Of a stretch of 64,000 bases of DNA, positions 39,288 to 47,911 are shown in pieces (the stretch's first letter is position 1; each line of letters opens with the position of its first letter). This stretch comes from a virus, in the IMG/VR virus record IMGVR_UViG_3300008255_000099, positions 1 through 64,000 of that record; one strand, given 5' to 3'. The notes under the pieces are model-generated. The model ran no database searches, was not told the origin of the DNA, and worked only from the letters and a program-made list of their open reading frames with translations. The position numbers and the translations under genes are program-made.

Positions 39288-39968
39288 ATGCTAAACAGAA
39301 ACGACTTGGAGAACTTTGAGAGACCAAAAGAAATTCAGAAATTTCTTGATGAATATTCTGAATGGGAGGCAAAGTTTAAGAAAGAAGCCCCATCAACATC
39401 TTACAACCCATTGTGGTTTAAAAATAACCCAAAGCCGAACATGCCAAGGATTTTACTTATTGATTTAGATACCAACTATTTAAATCTAACAAGAAAGATA
39501 ATAAATAAAAGTTGGTTTTTACCAAAAATTTTTATTTTTTCAGAAGGTAATTGTGATTGGAATTTTTGGTTAATTCCAACATTTGAAGATCGTGAAAAAG
39601 TATTCATAGAAATTGTTGAATTTCTAGTTAAAACTAATAACATTTTTATCACAAACGAACAACCATCTGAAGAAGAATTAAAAAAAGAAATTGAGGAAAG
39701 GTTCCCGTACAAGGACATCCAGGAATCTGATGTTAATGAATTGCCAGAAAATATTTCAAAAGAGTTGCTATCAAAAGCTTCTACGCAAAAAGCAGACTTT
39801 TCTTCTTTCTTGATGTCTAATAAAAAGAATATTGATTTTAACAACCATCTTAAAAAAGCATTAGAAGGGGATGGTGTTTATGCTGCAAGAGTTTTGTCTT
39901 ATTTATCAACTGATTTTCATTCTGAATATAATTATTCATTAGAAGATTTTAAGAATTATTCTATTTGA
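39288..39968 (+). CDS. Hypothetical protein immediately upstream of the tRNA
   Basis: GGAGG RBS; TGTGATACAAT promoter-like sequence upstream. Confidence 0.7.
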   Translation: MLNRNDLENFERPKEIQKFLDEYSEWEAKFKKEAPSTSYNPLWFKNNPKPNMPRILLIDLDTNYLNLTRKIINKSWFLPKIFIFSEGNCDWNFWLIPTFEDREKVFIEIVEFLVKTNNIFITNEQPSEEELKKEIEERFPYKDIQESDVNELPENISKELLSKASTQKADFSSFLMSNKKNIDFNNHLKKALEGDGVYAARVLSYLSTDFHSEYNYSLEDFKNYSI

Positions 39969-39975
39969 ACGATGT

Positions 39976-40047
39976 GGCAACGAGGGCGATTGGTCGAGCC
40001 ATGGCACTCTAAATGCCCCGTAGAGAGTTCGATTCTCTCCGTTGCCA
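39976..40047 (+). tRNA. tRNA with CUA anticodon (amber suppressor type); no encoded CCA
   Basis: Acceptor GGCAACG/CGTTGCC (7 bp), D-stem GGC/GCC with GG in the loop, anticodon arm GGCA-CTCTAAA-TGCC, T-arm GAGAG-TTCGATT-CTCTC, discriminator A. Confidence 0.85.
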
Positions 40048-40066
40048 TTAACAGAGGAGAAAAAAG

Positions 40067-40192
40067 ATGAAAGACGGAAAGTTGGAAATCCGAGAAGAGT
40101 GGAAAAACAATGACCCCGAAGTTTTTGAAGCGCTTTTCATCGAATTAAATCCTAGAAAAACAATCGAGTGGGCCGATCAGATTGTGTTGTGA
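40067..40192 (+). CDS. 41-aa small protein (not in ORF track)
   Basis: GAGGAG RBS; MKDGKLEIREEWKNNDPEVFEALFIELNPRKTIEWADQIVL. Confidence 0.5.
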   Translation: MKDGKLEIREEWKNNDPEVFEALFIELNPRKTIEWADQIVL

Positions 40193-40204
40193 GGTCTTCA
40201 AAAA

Positions 40205-40693
40205 ATGAAGAAACAAGATCTTGACAAGTTGATAGAAACTTTAGATAAATTAAAAACATCTCAAGATTTAAATGAGATTCAAGATCTTGAAGATATGGTA
40301 TTGTTATTTTTTGACCATCATTCATTAATTGATGTTTTTGAGTTTGTGCCATATGAATATATTTATGATATTTTTTATCATATTAAAATTGGCGATTGTG
40401 AAGTTTTTGATTGTTTTTATTTATTTTTAAGAAGTGATAAAGAGCTTGCATTTAAGACATTGTTTTTTTCTGGATATTTTCCATCTGAAGTAATAGAAGA
40501 TATACTTTATAATTTTGGAGTAAAAGAAATAGAATTTTTAATAAAAAAATATCTTATGACTATGGATGAAATAATGGATGCTTTTAAAAATTCTAATCTT
40601 GAAATTGAAACAAACACAGAGGTTTATGAATGGGTTTGTGAGAAAATTAGAAAAGAACAACTTTTATCATGGGCACATAATATACTTTTTTAA
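40205..40693 (+). CDS. Hypothetical protein
   Basis: GAGGT RBS; typical codon usage. Confidence 0.65.
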   Translation: MKKQDLDKLIETLDKLKTSQDLNEIQDLEDMVLLFFDHHSLIDVFEFVPYEYIYDIFYHIKIGDCEVFDCFYLFLRSDKELAFKTLFFSGYFPSEVIEDILYNFGVKEIEFLIKKYLMTMDEIMDAFKNSNLEIETNTEVYEWVCEKIRKEQLLSWAHNILF

Positions 40694-40753
40694 CTTCTAC
40701 ATTGGGTTTTGGCGTCCGCTTGCTGTATAATGTAGGGAAAGGAGACGAGAGAA

Positions 40754-41122
40754 ATGAAAACATTAGACAAATTGTAGGAATTAGAAGAAGCTGTCAGAAA
40801 ACATTTTTATGTTTTAGTAAGAACCGATCTATCCTTGCCTCAACAAATCGTGCAAGCAGTCCATGCAGCACATGAGGCAGGAATTCACTTCGCACACCAA
40901 TCAAACAACACATCCTCTGTCGTTGTTTGTGAAGTCCCCTCTGAACAAGACCTGTTGTTTGCGTTAGATTCCTTAACGCAAAAAGGTATTCGTTGCGTCT
41001 TATTCCGTGAACCAGACATTGGTAATGAAGCTACCGCTTTGGCTTCTGAACCAATTTTCGGGAAACATCGTCACATCTTTCGAAAGTTCAAACTTTGGGG
41101 AAAAGGAGGAACAAATGCTTGA
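40754..41122 (+). CDS. Peptidyl-tRNA hydrolase type 2-like protein with in-frame TAG at codon 8 (40775-40777)
   Basis: MKTLDKL*ELEEAVRKHFYVLVRTDLSLPQQIVQAVHAA...FREPDIGNEATALASEP; AAGGAG RBS and TGCTGTATAAT promoter precede ATG 40754. Confidence 0.75.
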
Positions 41123-41528
41123 AAAAATACAAAAACTTGAAGCTGAAAACCATAAACTAATTTCAACAAATATTGGTCTTAGAAAAATGTTAGCTAGACA
41201 TGAATGGGACGCAGGAACAGGAAGTTGGTATAGATATTGTTGCTATTGTCATGGAAATAAGGATTCTGGACACGAAGAAGATTGTGAATGGAATCTATTT
41301 TTTTACAACAAAGAAGATCCTTCTTTTAGAATTTTTGAATCTTTAGTTAGAACACAAAAATATACAGATTCATTAATTCTTTTATTATGGAGAATCGACG
41401 AAGAGCTTGACGAGCTTGTGACACAAACAAATAATGAAAAATTCAAAGATATGCGAAAAAGAATAAAAAAGCGATTAGATATAATTTTTAGTTATCTTGG
41501 AGATAAAGATAACTATGAGATGGAATAA
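41115..41528 (+). CDS. Hypothetical protein with CxxC/H/C zinc site (likely start MLEKIQ)
   Basis: CCYCHG...GHEEDCEW; AAGGAGG RBS. Confidence 0.7.
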   Translation: MLEKIQKLEAENHKLISTNIGLRKMLARHEWDAGTGSWYRYCCYCHGNKDSGHEEDCEWNLFFYNKEDPSFRIFESLVRTQKYTDSLILLLWRIDEELDELVTQTNNEKFKDMRKRIKKRLDIIFSYLGDKDNYEME

Positions 41529-41541
41529 AAAGGAGAAGTAA

Positions 41542-41619
41542 ATGTTTGAAAATGAGTTTAGGTAGGGAAGGTCACCTCCTTGTCTATTTTTTTCGGAGGC
41601 TAATAAGCAACACATCTGA
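41542..41619 (+). promoter_or_regulatory. Candidate leader ORF with TAG at codon 8 and an anti-Shine-Dalgarno segment
   Basis: AAGGAG RBS, MFENEFR*GRSPPCLFFSEANKQHI*; CTCCTTGTC (41576-84) is complementary to GACAAGGAG (41634-42), the RBS of 41644. Confidence 0.45.
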
Positions 41620-41643
41620 ACGAAACTGAATGCGACAAGGAGA

Positions 41644-41991
41644 ATGGAAATGAAAAAAACAATCTTCGCTTTAAAAGAAGAAATTAAAAAAATGTCTGAA
41701 ATTCAGAAAAAACTGAAAATTTTGAGAAAAACTGTATATCGTCACCCAAAACACGATGAATATTTTGCAGAATTAGGAGTTCAGGGGAATGGCGCTGCGA
41801 CACAGTGCGTCTACAATTCCTATTACATTTCTATTTTAATTTCACTAATGAATGAATTAAAAGGGAATCCAATAAGACATTATCGGGATTGGGTCGATGG
41901 GAAATCCCCAAGTTGCACTTGGGTCAAAAGAATAAATGAAAAACTTGGGATTGAGATAGAAAGACAACAAGCTATTTTACAAATAGCTTAA
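41644..41991 (+). CDS. Hypothetical protein
   Basis: LKEEIKKMSEIQKKLKILRKTV helical N-terminus; followed by a terminator. Confidence 0.7.
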   Translation: MEMKKTIFALKEEIKKMSEIQKKLKILRKTVYRHPKHDEYFAELGVQGNGAATQCVYNSYYISILISLMNELKGNPIRHYRDWVDGKSPSCTWVKRINEKLGIEIERQQAILQIA

Positions 41992-41993
41992 AC

Positions 41994-42037
41994 AAAACAA
42001 ATTTGGCCGAAGGTGTTCCTTCGGCCAAATTTGTTTT
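41994..42037. terminator. Bidirectional terminator between convergent genes
   Basis: AAAACAAATTTGGCCGAAGG-TGTT-CCTTCGGCCAAATTTGTTTT. Confidence 0.75.
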
Positions 42038-42041
42038 AAAA

Positions 42042-43256
42042 TTAAGCTGATTCTTTAAATGACAATGATTCAAGAATTGTTCCAGTAGACGTTGTTGTTT
42101 GGCAACAAAGTGCTACAACATCTGAAACCCCATCAATATCCGCAGCTATAGATAATAGATTATTTACATTAATATTTGATAGCGCATCAGAAGATTTAGA
42201 AATATATCCAGAACTAATTTGCGTCCCATTAGTAACTGTTCCTGTTGCAGTGATATCATATTGTGCTACGCTATTATCCAATGTTACCCATGAGGCTGCT
42301 GTTCCACCCGTTACAGTAGGGTTAAAAATAACAGCCCATCTATAATCATCATTACCAGAAACCGATAGAAAATTTAAACCAATAATTTCTATTTTCTCAC
42401 GTATATAAGAAGAGTTAAGTCTAATTTGAATAACTGGTATTAATGTTGTTGACATTGATTTCGATGTTATACCATTATCAACAGATCTAATTATTTCTCT
42501 TGGATTATGACCGCCCTCTGACATAACAGAACAACAAATTGCATCCATTGTTGTAAGACTAGCGGTTGTATTTGTGTTTATAATTTCATATCTAACTGGC
42601 AAATTCGGTGTCGTCATATAAACTTCCGCTTTATTGTTCGCATTATTAAATTCATGACAATATGCTGGAATCCCATCTATAACAAATCCTAACCTAACAC
42701 GACCAACACCAAGCCATTCTAAATCAATAAAGAAAATTTGACATTTAGTAAAATCTAAATTTATTCCACTTGGACCTGTGCCATCCATTATATCTAAATT
42801 CCAGCTTGATTGAACGACACGAGTATCAACAGCGGATCCAGAAGTGTAACTTCTTTGTACCACTCCCATAACTGTTCCTGCCATTTCAAAGAAAATACCG
42901 TTAGATGCATCAAAATAACCTATTCTCTTTGTGACATTTTCTTTCCCGTCATTTAAATTGCCTGTTATTATTATAAGATGAGATTTTCCGGGTTGATACT
43001 GAAAATATTCTTTCGTTTATCTTATAACATATTCACCAGATACAGTCCCAACCTGAAGTGTTGTTGAGCTTTCATTGATATTATATGTAGTTGAAGCACC
43101 TGCCCCATTTGTTTTTATTGACCAAATAAGTCCATTATCCATACCAATCTGTTTACTATCAAATAAACTCTGGGTATTTGAAACTCTAAGTCTGGCAAAA
43201 GCATCTATCGAAGGACTATCACTATATTCAATTTTTGTTGTTGGAAAATAACTCAT
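42042..43256 (-). pseudogene. Phage structural (beta-sandwich) protein interrupted by an in-frame TAA at 43017-43019
   Basis: DAFARLRVSN...VIR*TKEYFQYQPGKSHL; the frame stays open into 42042..42884. The family motif as recalled is IRQTxxYFxYQPGKS. Confidence 0.65.
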
Positions 43257-43291
43257 TTTTTATCCTATTTAATTATATTATCCTGTCTAAA

Positions 43292-44263
43292 TTAGATAAT
43301 ATACCAAGCATCCACATTATTGCTTATTAAACTAATTGAAACCCATTGATTTGTTATAAATACTTGTTGATAATAATCTATTGTTTCAACCCCATCTGGT
43401 GTTATTATTAATTGATTGGCTGAACTATCAATCTTTTTAATAATATAATTTTTACCACCTATTAATGCTGCCGTCGGTAATGTTATTTCTACGTCCCCCG
43501 AACTAGCATCCACAATACAAATACAATCTGTTGATGTTAAAGTATAATCAGATGTCTTTTCTACATATGACAATGACAATCCACCAGATAAAATTAAACT
43601 TTGAGAAGAGATATCTCCTGATAAATATAAATCTTTAAATTTTTTCGATAAGGATCCTAAATCAACGGAGTTGTTTGTTACTGGTTGGATAACCGTATCA
43701 TAAAGATCTAAAATACCAACATCTATTGGTGTAGCCCCATCATCTGAAATTGTAATTCTTAAATAGGGGTTAGAATTTGAAATAACCTCAAATGTTGCTC
43801 TTATCTCATTGTCTACGGCTCCAGTAAAATAATTTCCAGAAATAGAAAAAACAGGAGAATTAGCACCTAGTCCTGTTGTCGGATCATCAATTCTTACTTC
43901 TTCGCTATTTGTTATTTTAAAAATTGTTCTAGATGCAATATTTAAATTAATATCCCCCGAAGCATTAGCATCAGCATCTGATGTTACTTCTATATCAGAA
44001 TTTGACGAAAGCGATTCTGCGGAGCCACCGCCTGCGGTGTTTATACTCGACCCATCAGAAAAATAAAGAGAACCACCAGCCCTAATTCTAATATCCCCAT
44101 TAACATCTAATACATATTCTGGGGATGAAGTTAAAACACCGACTCTATTATTTACAGAATCTACTGTCAAAACATCATTATCAACAAATAATGATCCTTT
44201 GATTATAACACCTTCTGATGTCTCATGTATATTTGATCTTTTAATTATTGGATAACTTGGCAT
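43292..44263 (-). CDS. Tail fibre-like structural protein
   Basis: LTVDSVNNRVGVLTSSPEYVLDVNGDIR; NNSVDLGSLSKKFKDLYL; C-terminal KTSDYTLT...DASSGDVEITLPTA...YIIKKID. Confidence 0.65.
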   Translation of the reverse strand: MPSYPIIKRSNIHETSEGVIIKGSLFVDNDVLTVDSVNNRVGVLTSSPEYVLDVNGDIRIRAGGSLYFSDGSSINTAGGGSAESLSSNSDIEVTSDADANASGDINLNIASRTIFKITNSEEVRIDDPTTGLGANSPVFSISGNYFTGAVDNEIRATFEVISNSNPYLRITISDDGATPIDVGILDLYDTVIQPVTNNSVDLGSLSKKFKDLYLSGDISSQSLILSGGLSLSYVEKTSDYTLTSTDCICIVDASSGDVEITLPTAALIGGKNYIIKKIDSSANQLIITPDGVETIDYYQQVFITNQWVSISLISNNVDAWYII

Positions 44264-44410
44264 TAAAAATTCCCTAAAATATACTATCTAATTCAAATAA
44301 ATTCAAAATTATCCTATTTTGAGAGAATTTTTATTCAAAATTCTCTCAAAATGAGTTCTGGTGATTTTCTGTAATTATTTGTAACAATCAAATTAGAATA
44401 TCCCAAAAAA

Positions 44411-44449
44411 AGAAAAACTAGCCAAAAAACACCTTCGGCCAGCTTTTCT
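44411..44449 (-). terminator. Intrinsic terminator related to 41994-42037
   Basis: Minus strand GCTGGCCGAAGG-TGT-TTTTTGGCTAGT-T tract; stem kept by G-U pairs. Confidence 0.55.
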
Positions 44450-44471
44450 GAATAAAAACTTTTCTGATATT

Positions 44472-44933
44472 TTAATCCATTCTAAATGCTTCTTTTAATT
44501 TTGTTTGTATCCCCATCCTTAATTTTTCTTCTGATGTTTTATTTTCTTTTTTTATTTTTTCAAAAAATATTTTAATAATTTCCATTATTTTAAGTGAATA
44601 TTCATAACAATATTCCATTTCTTCCGTCCAATCATCACAGCCACGATTGAAATAATTATTATCTATTTTTATTAGACCATAGTCATCTGGGAAAAAAATA
44701 ATCTTTATTTTTATTTCATTGATGTTTAAAATAATATAAAGAAAATCATAATATGGAAATAAATCATATTCTAATATATATCTGACAGATGTTAACGACG
44801 AAATTTCTATAATATTTAAATTTTTATCTTTTATTTTTTCAAGATCTTTTTCTATAAATTTATAAATATTTCCACGATAAATTTCTGGTTCTGGTCTTGA
44901 TGTTTTTAATAGTTTTTTTAGATAATTAAACAT
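44472..44933 (-). CDS. Hypothetical protein
   Basis: Coupled to the RNA ligase gene. Confidence 0.6.
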   Translation of the reverse strand: MFNYLKKLLKTSRPEPEIYRGNIYKFIEKDLEKIKDKNLNIIEISSLTSVRYILEYDLFPYYDFLYIILNINEIKIKIIFFPDDYGLIKIDNNYFNRGCDDWTEEMEYCYEYSLKIMEIIKIFFEKIKKENKTSEEKLRMGIQTKLKEAFRMD

Positions 44934-45843
44934 TTTTCTTTCCTATAATTCCTCTTTCAGTCAAAAGTGCTTTTGTTTTATATGTGATTCCTTTTGAAAC
45001 TGGTTTCCAATCATCTGAAATTTCTTTCCAAGAATCATTGCATTCTTTTTGAATATCAAGATTTATTTCTTTAATTATATCTCCAACCCCAGGATTATCA
45101 CCGAGGTGGGTCAAAACATGGGTTAGTCTTTCGTCTGTGACCCATTCATCAACAAACCCATCAAGGCCAATAATCTCAACAACTTCTTTTTGTTCTCTTG
45201 CTGATTTTAATTCTTCGAAGGCTGGGTTTTTGAATTTAATTAAAATTCTATCCATTTGATTGTCAAAAAAAGTTTTTCTTGTTCTTAAAACAATACCTTC
45301 TGTCATTTGCCCGTCAAACCCATTACTTTTTGCCAATGTTGATTCACAAATTGTCATTGGTCGAAGGATTTCCTCATCAAATGGTCCTTCGTAAAGCAAT
45401 GGGACAACATCATACCCAAGATTTTTCGAAACATCTTCAATTCCATCCCAAGCTAACCAAAAACCATAAATACAAACATCAAAAACAATAAATCTTTTTT
45501 CATCTGAATATTTAATTTTTCCACAAATTCCAGGTCCATACCATTCGCCGACAATTATAATTTCTGAAATTCCTGGATAAACTCTGCGAATAACTTCTTC
45601 TTGATCTTTTGCGAAGGAATAAAGGCCATAACTGTCTTTGATTCTTTCGTTCGGACCAATCAAACAATTGTGTGTTGCCACAAAAAATTCATTGTTAACC
45701 AAACCAAATTTGGATTGTGCTCCATCTATTTTCTCGGTTGCGATAACCATCGAAAAATCAGAAAGTTTTCCCTTTGAATCTTTTAAGGATTTAATTGTCG
45801 CATAATCAACCGCCTCTTGCAGCGACATCGACATGTCTTTCAT
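44926..45843 (-). CDS. RNA ligase (Rnl2-like)
   Basis: Motif I EKIDG, IVGEWYG, FIVFDV, EGIVLR, IKFKN. Confidence 0.8.
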   Translation of the reverse strand: MKDMSMSLQEAVDYATIKSLKDSKGKLSDFSMVIATEKIDGAQSKFGLVNNEFFVATHNCLIGPNERIKDSYGLYSFAKDQEEVIRRVYPGISEIIIVGEWYGPGICGKIKYSDEKRFIVFDVCIYGFWLAWDGIEDVSKNLGYDVVPLLYEGPFDEEILRPMTICESTLAKSNGFDGQMTEGIVLRTRKTFFDNQMDRILIKFKNPAFEELKSAREQKEVVEIIGLDGFVDEWVTDERLTHVLTHLGDNPGVGDIIKEINLDIQKECNDSWKEISDDWKPVSKGITYKTKALLTERGIIGKKNV

Positions 45844-45873
45844 TCGTTGCGCTCCTATTCTGTTCGAAAGGTG

Positions 45874-46175
45874 TTATCTATCCGTCCACTCACAATGAAA
45901 ATTATTTTCTGGAAGATGCCCGCCTTTTCTAACAATTCCCATTGAATCTGAATCTAAGATGTGAAACCAACCATTTTCGCATTTCTTTTCACCAGCCATT
46001 TCGACACAATCATCAAAAGTTATCATTTTAACAAGAGAATCTAAATCATCAGAAGAATCAATAAAATCTCCAAATCCACTATTAGGCTGACATACTCCCT
46101 CTGCTAAAGCAGGAGGGCTTTCTAGCCGTGTTCTTTGTAATAAGCATCACAAGCAAAAAGAATATATCTTTTCAT
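45874..46175 (-). pseudogene. Small gene interrupted by a 50-nt mini-element (not in ORF track)
   Basis: Removing 46087-46136 gives MKRYILFACDAYY-PNSGFGDFIDSSDDLD...HCEWTDR*. Confidence 0.75.
46087..46136 (-). mobile_element. 50-nt IS200/IS605-derived mini-element, copy 2
   Basis: TTAC|AAAGAACACGGCTAGAAAGCCCTCCTGCTTTAGCAGAGGGAGTATGTCAG. Confidence 0.8.
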
Positions 46176-46243
46176 TTTTCTAACTTTTTTTAAAATAAGC
46201 ATTAACAAACCTAGTTGCAAATGATCTACCCATTTCTTTCCTT

Positions 46244-46291
46244 CCAACGCACAGGTCAACCAACGCACAGGTCAACCAACGCACAGGTCAA
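46244..46291. repeat. Three tandem 16-bp repeats
   Basis: CCAACGCACAGGTCAA x3, between a minus-strand TATAAT (46300-05) and an RBS. Confidence 0.9.
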
Positions 46292-46422
46292 GCATAGACA
46301 TTATACTACCGGCACCGAATCACAGCAAAAGAGGAAATATTATTTTCTAGCGAGTCCTAAAATTTGGACCCTAATAGATGGTGTTGGTTAGTTGGCTTGG
46401 AATAACTTTGAGGTCTGAAAAT

Positions 46423-46466
46423 AAATTTAGCCAAGGGATATGATTAAAAACTCCTTGGCTAAATTT
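46423..46466. terminator. Hairpin (terminator-like)
   Basis: AAATTTAGCCAAGG / CCTTGGCTAAATTT. Confidence 0.45.
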
Positions 46467-46552
46467 TCAATGACTATTTATTCGATAAAGGTATTATATA
46501 AAAAATTTCAGAATTAAATTCTGAATAACTTTTTTTATTAGGGGAAATTTAG

Positions 46553-46870
46553 ATGACAAAATATAATCGAATTGATACTTTGATTCAGTTAGCAAACTGC
46601 TTTGATCAAATAGATGATTTCCAAAATTCTGACAGACTCTCAAAATTTGCATCTGATTCAATTGAAAAAAATAAGAAAAAACCATTTCTTATTAAAACAC
46701 CAAATGGAGATAAATTTATATCAACTGAATTAATTTCTGGTTTTGAAGATGAAATGGAGCATATCCAAACTGTTGATCAGAATGTTTTAAAAGTTTTGCA
46801 AATTGCTATGGATCATCTTAGAGAAGATCCTCATTATTATTCAAAAATGTCGAAAGCAAACATAAGATAA
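46553..46870 (+). CDS. DUF5661-like protein with N-terminal helical tag
   Basis: GFEDEMEH...IAMDHLREDPHYYSKM; LIQLANCFDQIDDFQNSDRL. Confidence 0.65.
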   Translation: MTKYNRIDTLIQLANCFDQIDDFQNSDRLSKFASDSIEKNKKKPFLIKTPNGDKFISTELISGFEDEMEHIQTVDQNVLKVLQIAMDHLREDPHYYSKMSKANIR

Positions 46871-46940
46871 TTTAATTCTTAATTCTTCCGTTCCTTAAAA
46901 AATCCCCCTGGTGTATAATCATAGAAATGGAGGCAGTAGG

Positions 46941-47597
46941 ATGTCATATGACCCAAAATTTTATGAATTGTATGGTGATTACCTAAAAGAGAACAGCGTC
47001 AGAGACGCACATGATTTTGTTTTAAAGATCTCAAGAAAAAATAAGAATTTAGATTCTGTTATAGATATTGGATGTGGTGCTTGGAATGAATATCTAGAAA
47101 GAGATACTGGTAAAAAACGATATGGTTACTACTCTGGAGTAGATCTAAATTGGAATTCTTTTAATAAAATTAAATCTTTTTTGCTTAAAGAATTAACGTT
47201 CGACTGCGACACAAGAAGATTTAAGGGAAAAGAACTAGATTATAGAAATTTAGATCTTTTAATTCAATACATAAAAGAAAGAAATTTTTTCACTGGTTTT
47301 GTTAGTTTGTTTTCAACTGAAATAACTGCACCATACCTTGAGAACTATGAGTTTTACAAAGCTATTTTCGAAAGGACACAGTTAAAATCTGGGTTAGTTA
47401 GTGGGTTTTATTATTCTAACAGAAAAGAACAAGAAAAAGTTTATGAAACAGGAGGTATAATTAGTTTTCAAACTATTGAAAGTCTTGAAGATGTGAAAAA
47501 TGATGTTTTTTCAGAGATAAGAATTGTTCTTCCTGTACCCTCTAAAATGTTTGGTGATGATGTTATTGAAGTCTGGAAGTTTTTTGAGAGAATCTAA
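46941..47597 (+). CDS. Class I SAM-dependent methyltransferase-like protein (likely start MSYDPK)
   Basis: SVIDIGCG, YSGVDLN; GGAGG RBS; TATAAT at 46914-19. Confidence 0.55.
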   Translation: MSYDPKFYELYGDYLKENSVRDAHDFVLKISRKNKNLDSVIDIGCGAWNEYLERDTGKKRYGYYSGVDLNWNSFNKIKSFLLKELTFDCDTRRFKGKELDYRNLDLLIQYIKERNFFTGFVSLFSTEITAPYLENYEFYKAIFERTQLKSGLVSGFYYSNRKEQEKVYETGGIISFQTIESLEDVKNDVFSEIRIVLPVPSKMFGDDVIEVWKFFERI

Positions 47598-47911
47598 TGA
47601 ATTATTGGAATTTTAGAAGAATGCGAATCGGAGATAAGATAGCTCTTGTCGAAGTTTATTACAACGATCTTGATGAAATAGAAGGATGGACAGAACCTGT
47701 CATCCAATCTGGGGAAAATGATCAAGAATTGTTAAATGAACTAAACCACATGATAAAAGCATTTGAAAAACCACTGTTGATTGAATCTGAAATTGAAGTA
47801 GCACCGGATGAAAGAAATAGTTTAGTCTTAAAAAAAGAAGATATAAAAAATTTAGTTCCATTAAATCTTCTCATGAATTTTAACAAGGAAGTTGAGTCTA
47901 AAGACTTATGA
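47597..47911 (+). CDS. Conserved-looking phage hypothetical protein
   Basis: WNFR...LVEVYYND...ELNHMIKAFEKPLL. Confidence 0.65.
   Translation: MNYWNFRRMRIGDKIALVEVYYNDLDEIEGWTEPVIQSGENDQELLNELNHMIKAFEKPLLIESEIEVAPDERNSLVLKKEDIKNLVPLNLLMNFNKEVESKDL

Noticed and set aside
39976-40047. tRNA-Pyl (pyrrolysine) interpretation
   Set aside because: It has a canonical TTCGA T-loop, GG in a full-size D-loop and a two-base acceptor/D junction, unlike tRNA-Pyl; no pylS/B/C/D in the window.
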